62,490 nucleotides of DNA from NCBI GenBank assembly GCA_046483495.1, contig JAWODC010000054.1, positions 1 to 62,490 of the forward strand. The letters are read 5' to 3'. Positions 38,344 to 48,131 of this stretch are shown here, piece by piece. Origin of the DNA: Desulfobacterales bacterium. GTDB lineage: Bacteria > Desulfobacterota > Desulfobacteria > Desulfobacterales > UBA5616. Every line of letters begins with the position of its first letter. Position 1 is the stretch's first letter. The notes under the pieces are model-generated. The model did no database searches, had not been told where the DNA came from, and saw nothing but the letters and a program-made list of their open reading frames with translations. Both the position numbers and the translations under genes were made by a program.

Positions 38344-40119
38344 TTATGCGACCCGAACGACCTGGAACATGCCCGCTTCCATGTGGTAAAGCAGATGACA
38401 GTGAAACGCCCAGTCCCCTTTTTCGATGGGAGTGATGAGGGCCGAGAGCACCTCGCCGGGCTTGACCAGAATCGTGTGCTTGAACGGAAGTTTGTCAGCA
38501 CCGTTTTCCAGCTGCATCCACATTCCGTGAAGATGTATGGGATGCTCCATCATGGTGTGGTTGACCAGAAACAGCCGCAGTCGTTCGTTGTGGCGGAACA
38601 GATAGGGTCCCGGATGTTCGGTAAACTTCTTGCCGTCGAAGGAAAACATATACCGTTCCATATTAGCGGTGATGTTGATGGTCATCTCACGGTCCACGGT
38701 TTCGGAATACGGTTGGGGTTCGGTCGAGATCAGATCGTCATAGGTCAGCACCCGCCATCCGTCTCCCCCAAGTCCGATTCCAGGCTCATCCAACCGGTAT
38801 TTGGGATTCATGATCACCATCACCACGCTGGATTTGCCCTTTTCAGGCTTGAAAGGCGTCGGCCCGTTGGGGCCGGGAATACGGGGGTCGTGCCGCGGCG
38901 AACCGTTTTTATGTCCCATCCTGGAATGATCCATGGACATGGAATGATCCATGGACATGCCCAGGAGGCTGTCGTCCATACCGCCCATGCCGATGTCATC
39001 CAGGCGCCGAACGGGGCGGGGCCGCAGATCAGGCACCGGTCCCTCCATTCCCGGTTCAGGCGCCAGGGTGCCCCGGGTGTAGCCGCTTCTGTCCAGGGAT
39101 TCGGCGAATATCGTGAACGCCCGGTCCGCCATGGGCCGCACCAGGACATCGTAGGTTTCCGCCACCCCGATGCGGAACTCGTGCACCCGAACCGGACGCA
39201 CCGCCTTCCCGTCGGCCATGACCACGTCCAGATCGAGGCCCGGAATCCGCACGTCGAAATTCGTCGTGGTTGCCGCATTGATAAACCGCAAGCGAATCGT
39301 TTCACCCGGATTGAAGATTGCCGTCCAGTTCATATCCGGCGAATTGCCGTTCATCAGGTAGGTGTAAGTGTATCCGGTCACATCGGCCAGGTCTACCGGG
39401 CTCATCCGCATTCTTCCCCAGGCCATCCGATCGGCCACGGTTTTCAGAAATCCCCGCTCCTGGACGTCGTCGACGAAGTCCCAGGCGGTCCGGCGCTGGA
39501 AATTGTAATAATGCCCCATGACATTGATATGGCGAAAGATTGTTTCGGGGTCCTCGAAGGACCAGTCGGACAGAACCACCGCATAATCCCGGTCGTAGGA
39601 AAACGGCTCCCCGTCTTTCGGATCGATAATGAAGGGGCCATAGGTTCCGGTCTGCTCCTGGAACCGCGAGTGGCTGTGATACCAGTAGGTGCCGGCCTGT
39701 TTTACCCTGAAGCGGTAAGCGTAGGTTTCGCCGGGCTGGATGCCGCTGAAGTTCACCCCCGGCACGCCGTCCATGCGAAAGGGCACCAGGATGCCGTGCC
39801 AGTGAATGGAGGCATGCTCGGTGTCCATCAGTTTGTTGGTGACGTTGAGGACCACATCGTCGCCTTCACGCAGATGCACCAGCGGCCCCGGCACGGTGCC
39901 GTTGATGCCGGTGGATCTCCCCTCACGCCCGTCTATGGTAATTGGTGAATAGCCGATGGTCAGATCGTACCGGCGCTTGGGATCTCTTGCTTCGATGCCG
40001 GATCCAAGTGAAGACGCCCAGGAGGGCAAAGGCATCAGGCAATGGACACCGGCCAGGAAAATGCCGGTTCCGGCTGCACGGATAAATTCACGTCGCGTCA
40101 GGTTTTTGGGGCTGCTCAT
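38344..40119 (-). CDS. copA: Copper resistance multicopper oxidase CopA/PcoA
   Basis: Tat signal TRREFI; HWHG, WYHSH, HPIHLHG, HCHLLYHMEAGM. Confidence 0.96.
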   Translation of the reverse strand: MSSPKNLTRREFIRAAGTGIFLAGVHCLMPLPSWASSLGSGIEARDPKRRYDLTIGYSPITIDGREGRSTGINGTVPGPLVHLREGDDVVLNVTNKLMDTEHASIHWHGILVPFRMDGVPGVNFSGIQPGETYAYRFRVKQAGTYWYHSHSRFQEQTGTYGPFIIDPKDGEPFSYDRDYAVVLSDWSFEDPETIFRHINVMGHYYNFQRRTAWDFVDDVQERGFLKTVADRMAWGRMRMSPVDLADVTGYTYTYLMNGNSPDMNWTAIFNPGETIRLRFINAATTTNFDVRIPGLDLDVVMADGKAVRPVRVHEFRIGVAETYDVLVRPMADRAFTIFAESLDRSGYTRGTLAPEPGMEGPVPDLRPRPVRRLDDIGMGGMDDSLLGMSMDHSMSMDHSRMGHKNGSPRHDPRIPGPNGPTPFKPEKGKSSVVMVIMNPKYRLDEPGIGLGGDGWRVLTYDDLISTEPQPYSETVDREMTINITANMERYMFSFDGKKFTEHPGPYLFRHNERLRLFLVNHTMMEHPIHLHGMWMQLENGADKLPFKHTILVKPGEVLSALITPIEKGDWAFHCHLLYHMEAGMFQVVRVA

Positions 40120-40195
40120 TGTTTCCTTTCCTAATCAGGGTTGATCGTCATTTTTTCCAAAGACGGTAGATGTGACACTGGAATCTCCTGGTGTC

Positions 40196-40906
40196 TCACA
40201 TCTTTCGAGATTCGAGCTCTTTGATCTGTTCTTCGGTTAAAATGTCTTTCACCCCGCGCATATAATCCCTTCCCGTCAGAAACATGTCGGCTTTTACTTC
40301 GGCAATCCGGGAAAAAAGCTGTTTGACCTGCTGCGGGTCGAGTTCCCGGTCCATGCGGAGTCCGGCCATCTCGAGCTGGAGTTTCTTCTTTGTTGCCGAA
40401 AGATCGATCATCCGTTCGAGATGTTTTCGAGCCAGCGCGTGAACCCGGTCCCACTGTTCGGGGGTAAGGTTCAGATTTTCGAGCATTTGGGCCGGACCAC
40501 CACTGCGATGCATCATGCCGCCGCCCATCATCCCCATCATGTGATCCATTCCGCCGGGGCCCGCCGTCATATGGGACATCATCATCTGCATCATGCCGCC
40601 GCCCATGTTCCCCATCATTTGCCGGCGGCATTTATCACCGGCCCCGCCCATCATGCCCATCATCTTTTGCCCGCGGCCGCCCATACCGCCATGCCTGCCC
40701 ATCATGTCCATCATCCCGGAACTTTTCATCATCCCGGGACCCTGCATCATGCCGGGTGGTTGTGTATCGTCGACCGACGGCGCGTTTTCAGCGGAATTCG
40801 GCTCATGATGTTCCTCGACCGCCCCACAGGGCCGGGCACCTAATAACGATAGACCCATCACGAAGACGATTACGGCCAATACACTCATCAATGGTTTTGC
40901 ATTCAT
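40196..40906 (-). CDS. Met/Gly-rich periplasmic Spy/CpxP-like (heavy-metal sensor) protein
   Basis: Signal peptide, long MMG repeats, LNLTPEQ...ILTEEQ. Confidence 0.85.
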   Translation of the reverse strand: MNAKPLMSVLAVIVFVMGLSLLGARPCGAVEEHHEPNSAENAPSVDDTQPPGMMQGPGMMKSSGMMDMMGRHGGMGGRGQKMMGMMGGAGDKCRRQMMGNMGGGMMQMMMSHMTAGPGGMDHMMGMMGGGMMHRSGGPAQMLENLNLTPEQWDRVHALARKHLERMIDLSATKKKLQLEMAGLRMDRELDPQQVKQLFSRIAEVKADMFLTGRDYMRGVKDILTEEQIKELESRKM

Positions 40907-40981
40907 AACTCCCTCCTTTTCAGGTGTTTGGTTTTTTTATGTGTGTTGCAAACCATCCAAACGATCCCAATGCTTCCGAAA

Positions 40982-42988
40982 CTAAAACGCCAACTCGAGT
41001 CCCGCTCCCAGCAGGTGAGCCGTGTAATCGTCGATGCCGCCGTTGCCGTCATCATCGAACGTGTACAACCCGTATCGAATCTGCGCCCGAACCTGTTCGG
41101 AAAAGCGGTGTGACCACGCCAGTGTGAATCCGTGGCGGCGATTGTCGGTTCCGAGCGGCAATCCCCGGCCTGTATCGGTGTTAACATTATCGGACAGGGT
41201 GTACCGATAGTCCAAGGTCAGCGTAGTCGTTTTACCGACCGCCCATCCGGCGGTCCCGAAAAACGAATAAATATCCGCCTCATAGTCGACTACTGCACCA
41301 CTCCCGTTGTCAAAACTTTTCGAACAGATATCCTGGTAGGATAGAAATCCTGTAACATACAGGCCGGGTCCAGGCGTAAGGGTTGCACTGAGATTGTAGA
41401 TATTGCCGGAGTAATCGCCGGATTCGATGCTGCTCGGCGGAGTTGTCTTCGACCGGGTGTCGATCTCCGTATCAACGCTATGGTAATGCAAGGTTGTTTT
41501 GATCCACGGCGTTACCCTGGCGGTCGCCTTGGCATCGAACTCCCGGGTTGTCAGTTCCTGCTTGCGAATGAATGCGGAATAACCCGCTTCCGTATCCGTG
41601 GTATGATTGTAATCATTTTCATGGCAGCGCAACCGATAGCGGCCGAAGAATGTCAAGCGGCGAACCGGTGAACTGCTGAACCCTACTGTGTACCGGCTTC
41701 GGTCGATGTCACTGTCGGTAAGGCGCACAAAAGCCAATGCCGCATCTTCCACCTCCCTTTCAAACAGATCGATGTCCTGCTGGGCCCATTTTCCTTCCAC
41801 CCAAACGGATGTATAGGGGATGCCGGAAAAGCGTATCCCGAGGGTTTCCAGGTATGCCTCCTTATCCGTACGGGTGCGAATTTCGGCCTCGGGTGAAACC
41901 GGCCCGACATTCGGGAGGGTCTCCGTAAGGAGGGCATTCGTTTCACCGTCGGATTCGGTATATTCCGCCTGAACCCCGCCATAAACATTGACATCTCCAA
42001 AAGGCCCCAGCATGCTGTTGGCGTTAATTACATGGCTTTTTTGATCCAGCTCGACCGAACGGGTGCGCCAGTTTTTGTCAAACGGTTCCGGGCCGAAAGG
42101 AGCGGTCACCATGTTAAAAGCGGCATTGCCGGCCACATCACTGTACAGGTACCCCATGGAAATGTAGAAGTCGTCTCTCAAGCGGCTGTCCACGTGAAAC
42201 GTATTGTGGATGGCATCATGATCGTAGTCTTCCGAAATCCTCACGATTTCCGACGCGGCGGCATCCAGATTCCGCTCCATCTCGGATCGGCGGGTGTCGG
42301 TGCCGTAAGTTTCATATCGAAACCGGTCAGTGACATCCACTTTTCCGATGCGGTGATCCACGGCTACTGTAATGACATCCAGCTGCTCATCGATATCCTT
42401 GAACGCCGGAAATATCTTCCGGGTCAGCCCTTGTTCGGTAACGCCGCCCCAGTTTAGAAGCGATTTTTCACCTTCCTTGAAGCGATGTTCATACCCCACC
42501 ACGATCTCTGGCAGGTTCGGCAGCGTGAGGCCGGCCTCCACAAAAAAATTGCCGATGTCCAGGTGCAGATCCTTTTTCAGATCAAAGGCTGCGACGGAAA
42601 ACGAACCAAAAAAACCGCCGGTGTCATCGTAATACTTCCGGTATTCCGAATAACCGGTGCGAACGAACCCGGACCGCCCCTCAAGATGCAATTGGAGGTT
42701 GTAGTCTTCCTCCGGTACAAGAAACCGGCCCTCCAGACGAAGCACCCATTTTTTCCGAATCGATTTCTCCAGCAGAAAATTTTCCAACCCTCCGGCCCAT
42801 CCCTTATCAATCCACCGATCCTCGGCAAACTTGTCTTCATCGCCATCCACTACGATGTATCGAACAACGGGAAACATTTCATGCGCAGGTTCACCATCCG
42901 AAGCATGGGAAGTTGCCGGATACATCGGAAGAAAAACCGTAAGCGTCATATAAGCGGCAGCAAGGATATGCCTTTTCCGGACATTCAC
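40982..42988 (-). CDS. MtrB/PioB-like outer-membrane beta-barrel
   Basis: 668 aa, signal peptide, amphipathic strands, terminal Phe; directly downstream of a DmsE/MtrA-type cytochrome. Confidence 0.75.
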   Translation of the reverse strand: MNVRKRHILAAAYMTLTVFLPMYPATSHASDGEPAHEMFPVVRYIVVDGDEDKFAEDRWIDKGWAGGLENFLLEKSIRKKWVLRLEGRFLVPEEDYNLQLHLEGRSGFVRTGYSEYRKYYDDTGGFFGSFSVAAFDLKKDLHLDIGNFFVEAGLTLPNLPEIVVGYEHRFKEGEKSLLNWGGVTEQGLTRKIFPAFKDIDEQLDVITVAVDHRIGKVDVTDRFRYETYGTDTRRSEMERNLDAAASEIVRISEDYDHDAIHNTFHVDSRLRDDFYISMGYLYSDVAGNAAFNMVTAPFGPEPFDKNWRTRSVELDQKSHVINANSMLGPFGDVNVYGGVQAEYTESDGETNALLTETLPNVGPVSPEAEIRTRTDKEAYLETLGIRFSGIPYTSVWVEGKWAQQDIDLFEREVEDAALAFVRLTDSDIDRSRYTVGFSSSPVRRLTFFGRYRLRCHENDYNHTTDTEAGYSAFIRKQELTTREFDAKATARVTPWIKTTLHYHSVDTEIDTRSKTTPPSSIESGDYSGNIYNLSATLTPGPGLYVTGFLSYQDICSKSFDNGSGAVVDYEADIYSFFGTAGWAVGKTTTLTLDYRYTLSDNVNTDTGRGLPLGTDNRRHGFTLAWSHRFSEQVRAQIRYGLYTFDDDGNGGIDDYTAHLLGAGLELAF

Positions 42989-42989
42989 A

Positions 42990-43763
42990 TCAGTACCTCA
43001 AATGCGGATTGATATTGGACCCATGCACCGCCGTATGACAACCTGCGCTCCAGCATGCACCCTGGGTCAGCTGACCGGTATGGTCGAAATCACCGATGGT
43101 GACGGTTCCGGGCAAGGCAACCTGGCCGTGGCACTTCAGGCACAGATTGTTGTCGTTTTCAACCAGCAACTTGTCATTTATCGATCCATGGGGATTGTGG
43201 CACATGGTGCAGCCCTCCCGAAGCGCCTCGTGCTCGAATACGTGATGCCCGGCCTTCTCCCGGTGGCACTGATTACAGACTGCATTCGTAAGGCCCATTT
43301 TCATTCCTTCGGCCAGAAAGATATTTTCACCGTGAGGGTCATGGCAGTGGGTGCAGTCGATGCGGCCTTCTCTGACGGGATGATGATACTGGAGATTGAA
43401 GGCGGCATTTTTCGCCGCATGACACTCATAGCAGACCGCCGGGTTTTTCTCCGGATTGATGATAAACCGCCCTTTACCGCCTCCGACCTCCAGGTGAAGG
43501 CTCCCCTCACCGTGGCATGCTTCGCAGCCGACGATGTCCCTTTCGTCTTTGGAAACAAAGGGGCGATAATGGGCTGTAAACTCGAAATCCCGGACTTTTT
43601 CGGCATGGCAGAAGGCGCATGTATCCATTCCGACCGGTTCGGCGCCTTGAACGGCCGCGGGCCGCACAACGACCCGGCTCGTAGGCGCGGAACAGGCTGC
43701 AATCACCACAGCAAGTAAATATGCGCATGCAGACCACGCGAATAAGATCCTAGCCATATTCAT
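42990..43763 (-). CDS. DmsE/MtrA-family multiheme cytochrome c (8 heme motifs), probable lipoprotein
   Basis: 7 CxxCH plus CWSAGCH; CH(D/N)PHG repeats, terminal VHGSN; IAAC lipobox-like motif. Confidence 0.9.
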   Translation of the reverse strand: MNMARILFAWSACAYLLAVVIAACSAPTSRVVVRPAAVQGAEPVGMDTCAFCHAEKVRDFEFTAHYRPFVSKDERDIVGCEACHGEGSLHLEVGGGKGRFIINPEKNPAVCYECHAAKNAAFNLQYHHPVREGRIDCTHCHDPHGENIFLAEGMKMGLTNAVCNQCHREKAGHHVFEHEALREGCTMCHNPHGSINDKLLVENDNNLCLKCHGQVALPGTVTIGDFDHTGQLTQGACWSAGCHTAVHGSNINPHLRY

Positions 43764-43807
43764 CTATTGCCGCCCGTCGTCTATTCCGCCGATGATCGGG
43801 AAAGAAA

Positions 43808-44293
43808 TTATTTTGCAATGGGAACCAGACCGCAAAATTCGCCTTGTGCATGGGTTTTCGTATGAATGTTCAAAAAGACGTTCCCCTTGCGCATTTCTGC
43901 AATAAGGGATTCCAGGGGCCTGCCGCGCATCGGGCCGATCAGGTCGTCTCGAGTAATCGTTCCTTCGGCCAGAACCCCCTCAAATTTTCCGGGAATGAGC
44001 CTGGGTGGAGGACCGGGCGGATAGAGCCACACCACCGGCGATCCGATATCCCCGGCTTTTCCAAGGTGCAGGTGCGCCATGGTAATATCTTCAAGATGAT
44101 GAACTACGATCCTGTAGGTCAGCGTGGAGCCGTTCTCCATTATGCTGACAGCACCCTCGGCGGCCGTGTGCTCTTCCGACGCTATGGCGCATTGAAAGCA
44201 GAGTGCTTCCCCGGCGTATGTCACGCCGGCAAAAAGGCCGAAGGCCACGATTATGGATATTAAATTTCTAAAAACAGCCGAATGTTTGTCCAT
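43808..44293 (-). CDS. CHRD domain protein
   Basis: ITMAHLH.G..G..G...V.L, NIHT..H..GE. Confidence 0.88.
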   Translation of the reverse strand: MDKHSAVFRNLISIIVAFGLFAGVTYAGEALCFQCAIASEEHTAAEGAVSIMENGSTLTYRIVVHHLEDITMAHLHLGKAGDIGSPVVWLYPPGPPPRLIPGKFEGVLAEGTITRDDLIGPMRGRPLESLIAEMRKGNVFLNIHTKTHAQGEFCGLVPIAK

Positions 44294-44507
44294 ATTTCCC
44301 CATTTTCTTCATCAGTTTAATTTTACACTTTATAGTATTCGATTAAATGAGGGTATTCACGTATTTCGTGTGTTTTATTGCATGACATCGCCAAAAAAAG
44401 AGGCTGGACTTTTAAGGTATCCGCCTGCTGCTTAACCAAAAATCAGTGCACTTATGGGCAATATGGGGTGAAACACCCATTTACATTCTTTCATCGAAGA
44501 GCCAGAA

Positions 44508-44969
44508 ATGAACACAATAGAGGTGAAAAAGCAGCAAAAAACCGGCTGTCAGGCTGAAAACGGCAGAGCATGGGAACCATTCAGAGGAGGCAAATTGGCA
44601 ACACGGGGCCACACAGCGATTCAAGGTTTTGTCGTCACCTGGCTATGGCTGAACAGCCTGATTGTACTATTCGGCATGATGCCGAATCCGGCAGAGGCGT
44701 TTTACACACCGGATAAGCTATCCATTCTTCCAATCGTCCAGAACCGGGAAGAACCCGATATTCAATGGTTCAAAGACCGGCTGCAAATCTCGGAAAAGTA
44801 CGTTGAGCAGGAAGAAGGGATATTCGGAATATCCTGGTTTCATTTTTTCGTGATGGTTTTGCTCGTGGCGATCGGCGTCGGGGCCTTGGTATTGAATCTT
44901 CTCAAGCAAAAAAGAATGAGGGAAATCGTGACCTCGATTCGAAAGGAGATGGAGACGCATGAAGGTTGA
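44508..44969 (+). CDS. Hypothetical membrane protein
   Basis: Two hydrophobic segments; overlaps the ferredoxin start; start codon uncertain. Confidence 0.65.
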   Translation: MNTIEVKKQQKTGCQAENGRAWEPFRGGKLATRGHTAIQGFVVTWLWLNSLIVLFGMMPNPAEAFYTPDKLSILPIVQNREEPDIQWFKDRLQISEKYVEQEEGIFGISWFHFFVMVLLVAIGVGALVLNLLKQKRMREIVTSIRKEMETHEG

Positions 44970-45219
44970 ATTCAAAAAGTCGGGAAAAACGGCAACATGG
45001 GATGACAGCTACGAAAACATCCTGGAACTGGCCGAAGAAAACGGCATCGAGATCGAAACGGAGTGCGAGGCCGGAGTTTGCGGCACGTGCAAGACAAAAA
45101 TGCTGTCCGGCGATGTGCACATGGAAGTCGATGACGGACTCGATGACGACGATCGGGCCGAAAATTATATCCTCCCCTGTGTGGCGGTGCCCAAAACGGA
45201 TGTCGTCCTGGATGTCTGA
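44959..45219 (+). CDS. [2Fe-2S] ferredoxin
   Basis: CEAGVCGTC...ILPC. Confidence 0.95.
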   Translation: MKVEFKKSGKTATWDDSYENILELAEENGIEIETECEAGVCGTCKTKMLSGDVHMEVDDGLDDDDRAENYILPCVAVPKTDVVLDV

Positions 45220-45926
45220 TGCTCATGTGGGAAGACAAAAACATCAATGCGATCCTGGCCGGTGCGTTTGTCATATATGCCTTCGGGTTTCTGTTTTATG
45301 AGGATCCTACCTTTGCCGGAAGCATGGTCGGTCACGGGGTAGGCATATTTGGAACAATTCTGATCCTACTGACATTAATATATCCCTTTAAAAAAAGAAT
45401 TTTAAAGAGAAAAGCCAAGAAGGATTTGAGAAATCATATCGCATTCGGGCTGATCGGTCCGGTTGTTGTGATTGTTCATACGGCTCATAAAATTGAAAGT
45501 TTGATCGGAACTTTCATCTATCTAATCTTGTTTTTGGTGGTATTCAGCGGCATTATCGGACGATTTTTGTTTCAAAAGGTGAACCGGTCCCTGCGCGGGC
45601 AGAAGAGGGATCACAAGCTGCTTTGGAACCATCTACGGGAGCTGAATAAGGAAGAGCCGATGTTTCATTTCAATTCGGCTTTGAACAAAAGTAAAGATGC
45701 GACATATTCGGATGTCGATGAGGAAGCCGCGCAGAGATCCGATCACGTCATGAAGACAATCGATTCCCTGGTGGAGCTTGAATACAATATAAAATTTTTC
45801 GACCGTTTCAAGATTCTTTTTTCCCGTTGGCTTCGGATACACCATTTTCTGGCGTTTTTCTTGTTCGCCCTTATCGTCGTCCATGCGCTGACCGGCATCT
45901 ATTACGGACTTCAATGGCTGCCGTGA
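45219..45926 (+). CDS. His-containing polytopic membrane protein (cytochrome b-like)
   Basis: TM helices carrying His: GHGVG, NHIAFG, IVHT, WLRIHH, VVHAL. Confidence 0.7.
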   Translation: MLMWEDKNINAILAGAFVIYAFGFLFYEDPTFAGSMVGHGVGIFGTILILLTLIYPFKKRILKRKAKKDLRNHIAFGLIGPVVVIVHTAHKIESLIGTFIYLILFLVVFSGIIGRFLFQKVNRSLRGQKRDHKLLWNHLRELNKEEPMFHFNSALNKSKDATYSDVDEEAAQRSDHVMKTIDSLVELEYNIKFFDRFKILFSRWLRIHHFLAFFLFALIVVHALTGIYYGLQWLP

Positions 45927-46537
45927 TGAAACATTTTAAAAACATCATCCTCCTTGTCCTGATCATCGGGTTTTGCACATGGCTTTTTGTTTACGACAAA
46001 GCGGCGGAGCCCGGTCCTTTAAGCCGCTTTCACAATGCGTTTAACGATTGCGAGACCTGCCATACGCCCTGGCAGAAGGTTTCAACCCGGACGTGCCTGA
46101 AATGCCACGGATTCGAGCATGGCCGATTGAATCCGATGATTCGCTTCCATACCGCCGAGGCTCATTGCCTGGCGTGTCACACCGAGCACCGTGGGTACCA
46201 TGCCGATATTAAAAAAATGAACCATACGGTGCTGAATGAAAACCTGCTCTGCACCGCCTGCCACTACGACCCCCATGCGGGCCTGTTCGGCCGGGAATGC
46301 CGGCAGTGCCACGGCATTTCCACCTGGAGCATCACCGGCTACGCTCATCCACCGGCCGAAAACGGGCTGTGCCATCGATGCCATCGGCCCCCACCGTCGC
46401 ATTTTACACCCTCTTTTCAACAGAAAATGCAGCAGAGGATAACCGCCGGACAATCGATCAAGGATTGCGGAACCTGCCACACCACCCATCTCTGGGGTCA
46501 CCTGCTGATCGAAAACCTGTTCCAGGAAGGCGGATAG
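45926..46537 (+). CDS. Membrane-anchored heptaheme cytochrome c
   Basis: CETCH, CLKCH, CLACH, CTACH, CRQCH, CHRCH, CGTCH; N-terminal TM. Confidence 0.9.
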   Translation: MKHFKNIILLVLIIGFCTWLFVYDKAAEPGPLSRFHNAFNDCETCHTPWQKVSTRTCLKCHGFEHGRLNPMIRFHTAEAHCLACHTEHRGYHADIKKMNHTVLNENLLCTACHYDPHAGLFGRECRQCHGISTWSITGYAHPPAENGLCHRCHRPPPSHFTPSFQQKMQQRITAGQSIKDCGTCHTTHLWGHLLIENLFQEGG

Positions 46538-46596
46538 GCGCTGCTGAATGCCGGATGGGCAATGATCATGAAATTGAAACAGCAGGGATCAAAATA

Positions 46597-47293
46597 TCAG
46601 CCGGCCATAAATCCGCAGCCGGGTATCCTGGCGGTAAAGCCCACCGATTCCTCATCAAATTCGACGCTCGTGGGATAGGTCAGGCCGCTCATCACGACTT
46701 CCGCTCTAAACTCTGCCGGCACTTCGACGGCCGAGGCGGTGGCCGGCGGCACCTTCGGGCCGAGGCGCATTGCCGCCACGGCCCTGTCATTGGGCACCTT
46801 CTCGCCGTGTGACTCGATGTCGTTTATCAGCACCTTCATCATGGAAATCTCGCGAAGTTGGGCCGCAATAATTTCATCGGCCAACTCGCGGACGCGGGGG
46901 TCGCTGATCTCGTCACGCTCGCTGGTCAAAATGGCGATGGAGTGGTGGGGAATCATCGCCTTCATGTACGAAACGTCCTGCACCGTCGTCTGGCTGCGGA
47001 CCAGCCACAGGGCCACCACAAACAGCACAGCGCTGCCGGCATAGATCGCCAGATTCGCCCGCCGGCTTTTGAGCATCGTCAGCATGAACGAGAGCATGAC
47101 CACCGCCATCATAGCGGTCATCGTAAGCGTCATGTATACCCGCTCTTCACTGAAGGACGGGTGATCCCATGCAAACGTGGTCAGGTACGTGAACACATAC
47201 ATCAGTAGGGTAGCCGTGACGATCATGCCGGCATACCGCGCATACATGATTCCAAGCCCTTTTTTTGTGAGACATCTTCTTTTCGTCGGCCAT
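46597..47293 (-). pseudogene. DUF305 (ferritin-like) membrane protein; N-terminal frameshift and truncated C-terminal sugar-dehydrogenase-like domain
   Basis: MKAMIPHHSIAILTS motif; the best RBS/ATG (47293) is out of frame by one A in an A7 run (47260-47266); tail VPAEFRAEVVMSGLTYPTSVEFDE breaks off. Confidence 0.65.
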
Positions 47294-47570
47294 TGTCTAT
47301 TCCCTCCCGTATCTCTTGCCGCTCGTGCAGTTTACATTTTTTTGCACGGAATGGCGCGTTCGGCGGACTCGTCTTCAAGGCGGAGCGTCTGAAGACTACC
47401 GAATCCACATTTGCATTTTACCCCCACCCCTCACTTTTTAACGAGTCGGCATACGGAATCTTTTTCTTTTTACAGTGCGAGTCCATTGACTTTATTTTCG
47501 CTGCCGGGGACGGTAAACCGGCAATAGACCAAACAAGGTATTCGGAAGGGAAAACACATGTAAAGCGAGA

Positions 47571-47936
47571 CTATCGTTTATCCCACGTTTTAAATCGTTT
47601 TCGGCAGTATTTTTCCAGTGATCGATGGTTCGGGAAAAACAATAGGGCCGTATCGGCGATGGAATTTCCGTATTCACAGTTTTCTGCGGAATGTTCACGG
47701 CAGGTGATGGGACGTTTGTCATAGATATCGCATCGTCCGCGGTCGTTCAGGTGCACACAGGGATTGTTGATCAGCAAATGCCATCCCTTGGCATCCTTGA
47801 AGATCTCAACATTTTCATGGTAAACCTGCCACAGCAATCCATCGAAATCACGAATGGTGCGAGGCGCTGAAAGCTTGACTGTAATATAACGGCAGCAGGC
47901 ACCCTTACATGCTTTGCATTTTTTGGACAAATCCAT
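47571..47936 (-). CDS. YkgJ family cysteine cluster protein
   Basis: CKACKGACC...CVHL...CDIYDKRPITCR. Confidence 0.9.
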   Translation of the reverse strand: MDLSKKCKACKGACCRYITVKLSAPRTIRDFDGLLWQVYHENVEIFKDAKGWHLLINNPCVHLNDRGRCDIYDKRPITCREHSAENCEYGNSIADTALLFFPNHRSLEKYCRKRFKTWDKR

Positions 47937-48131
47937 GGGGATACTTCCTTAGGCGTTTACTGTTGACTTACATTTTTACAAGCTGGATTCAACTATGCAA
48001 ATTGTGGTCGATCCCTTTTTTTGATATAAACAGACGGGAAATTTCAAGAAAAAAGCGTTTTACACGTGATACGGTTCGGTTCTGAGATGCATAGTTTAGA
48101 AATCTAAACAACGGATGAGGAGAAAATCGCA

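Noticed and set aside
38212..39948. 578-aa plus-strand ORF, and similar long antisense ORFs such as 35228-36625 and 26702-27691
   Set aside because: Antisense shadows of well-supported GC-rich genes.
47260..47266. Programmed -1 frameshift at A-AAA-AAG
   Set aside because: Restoring the frame needs +1, not -1.
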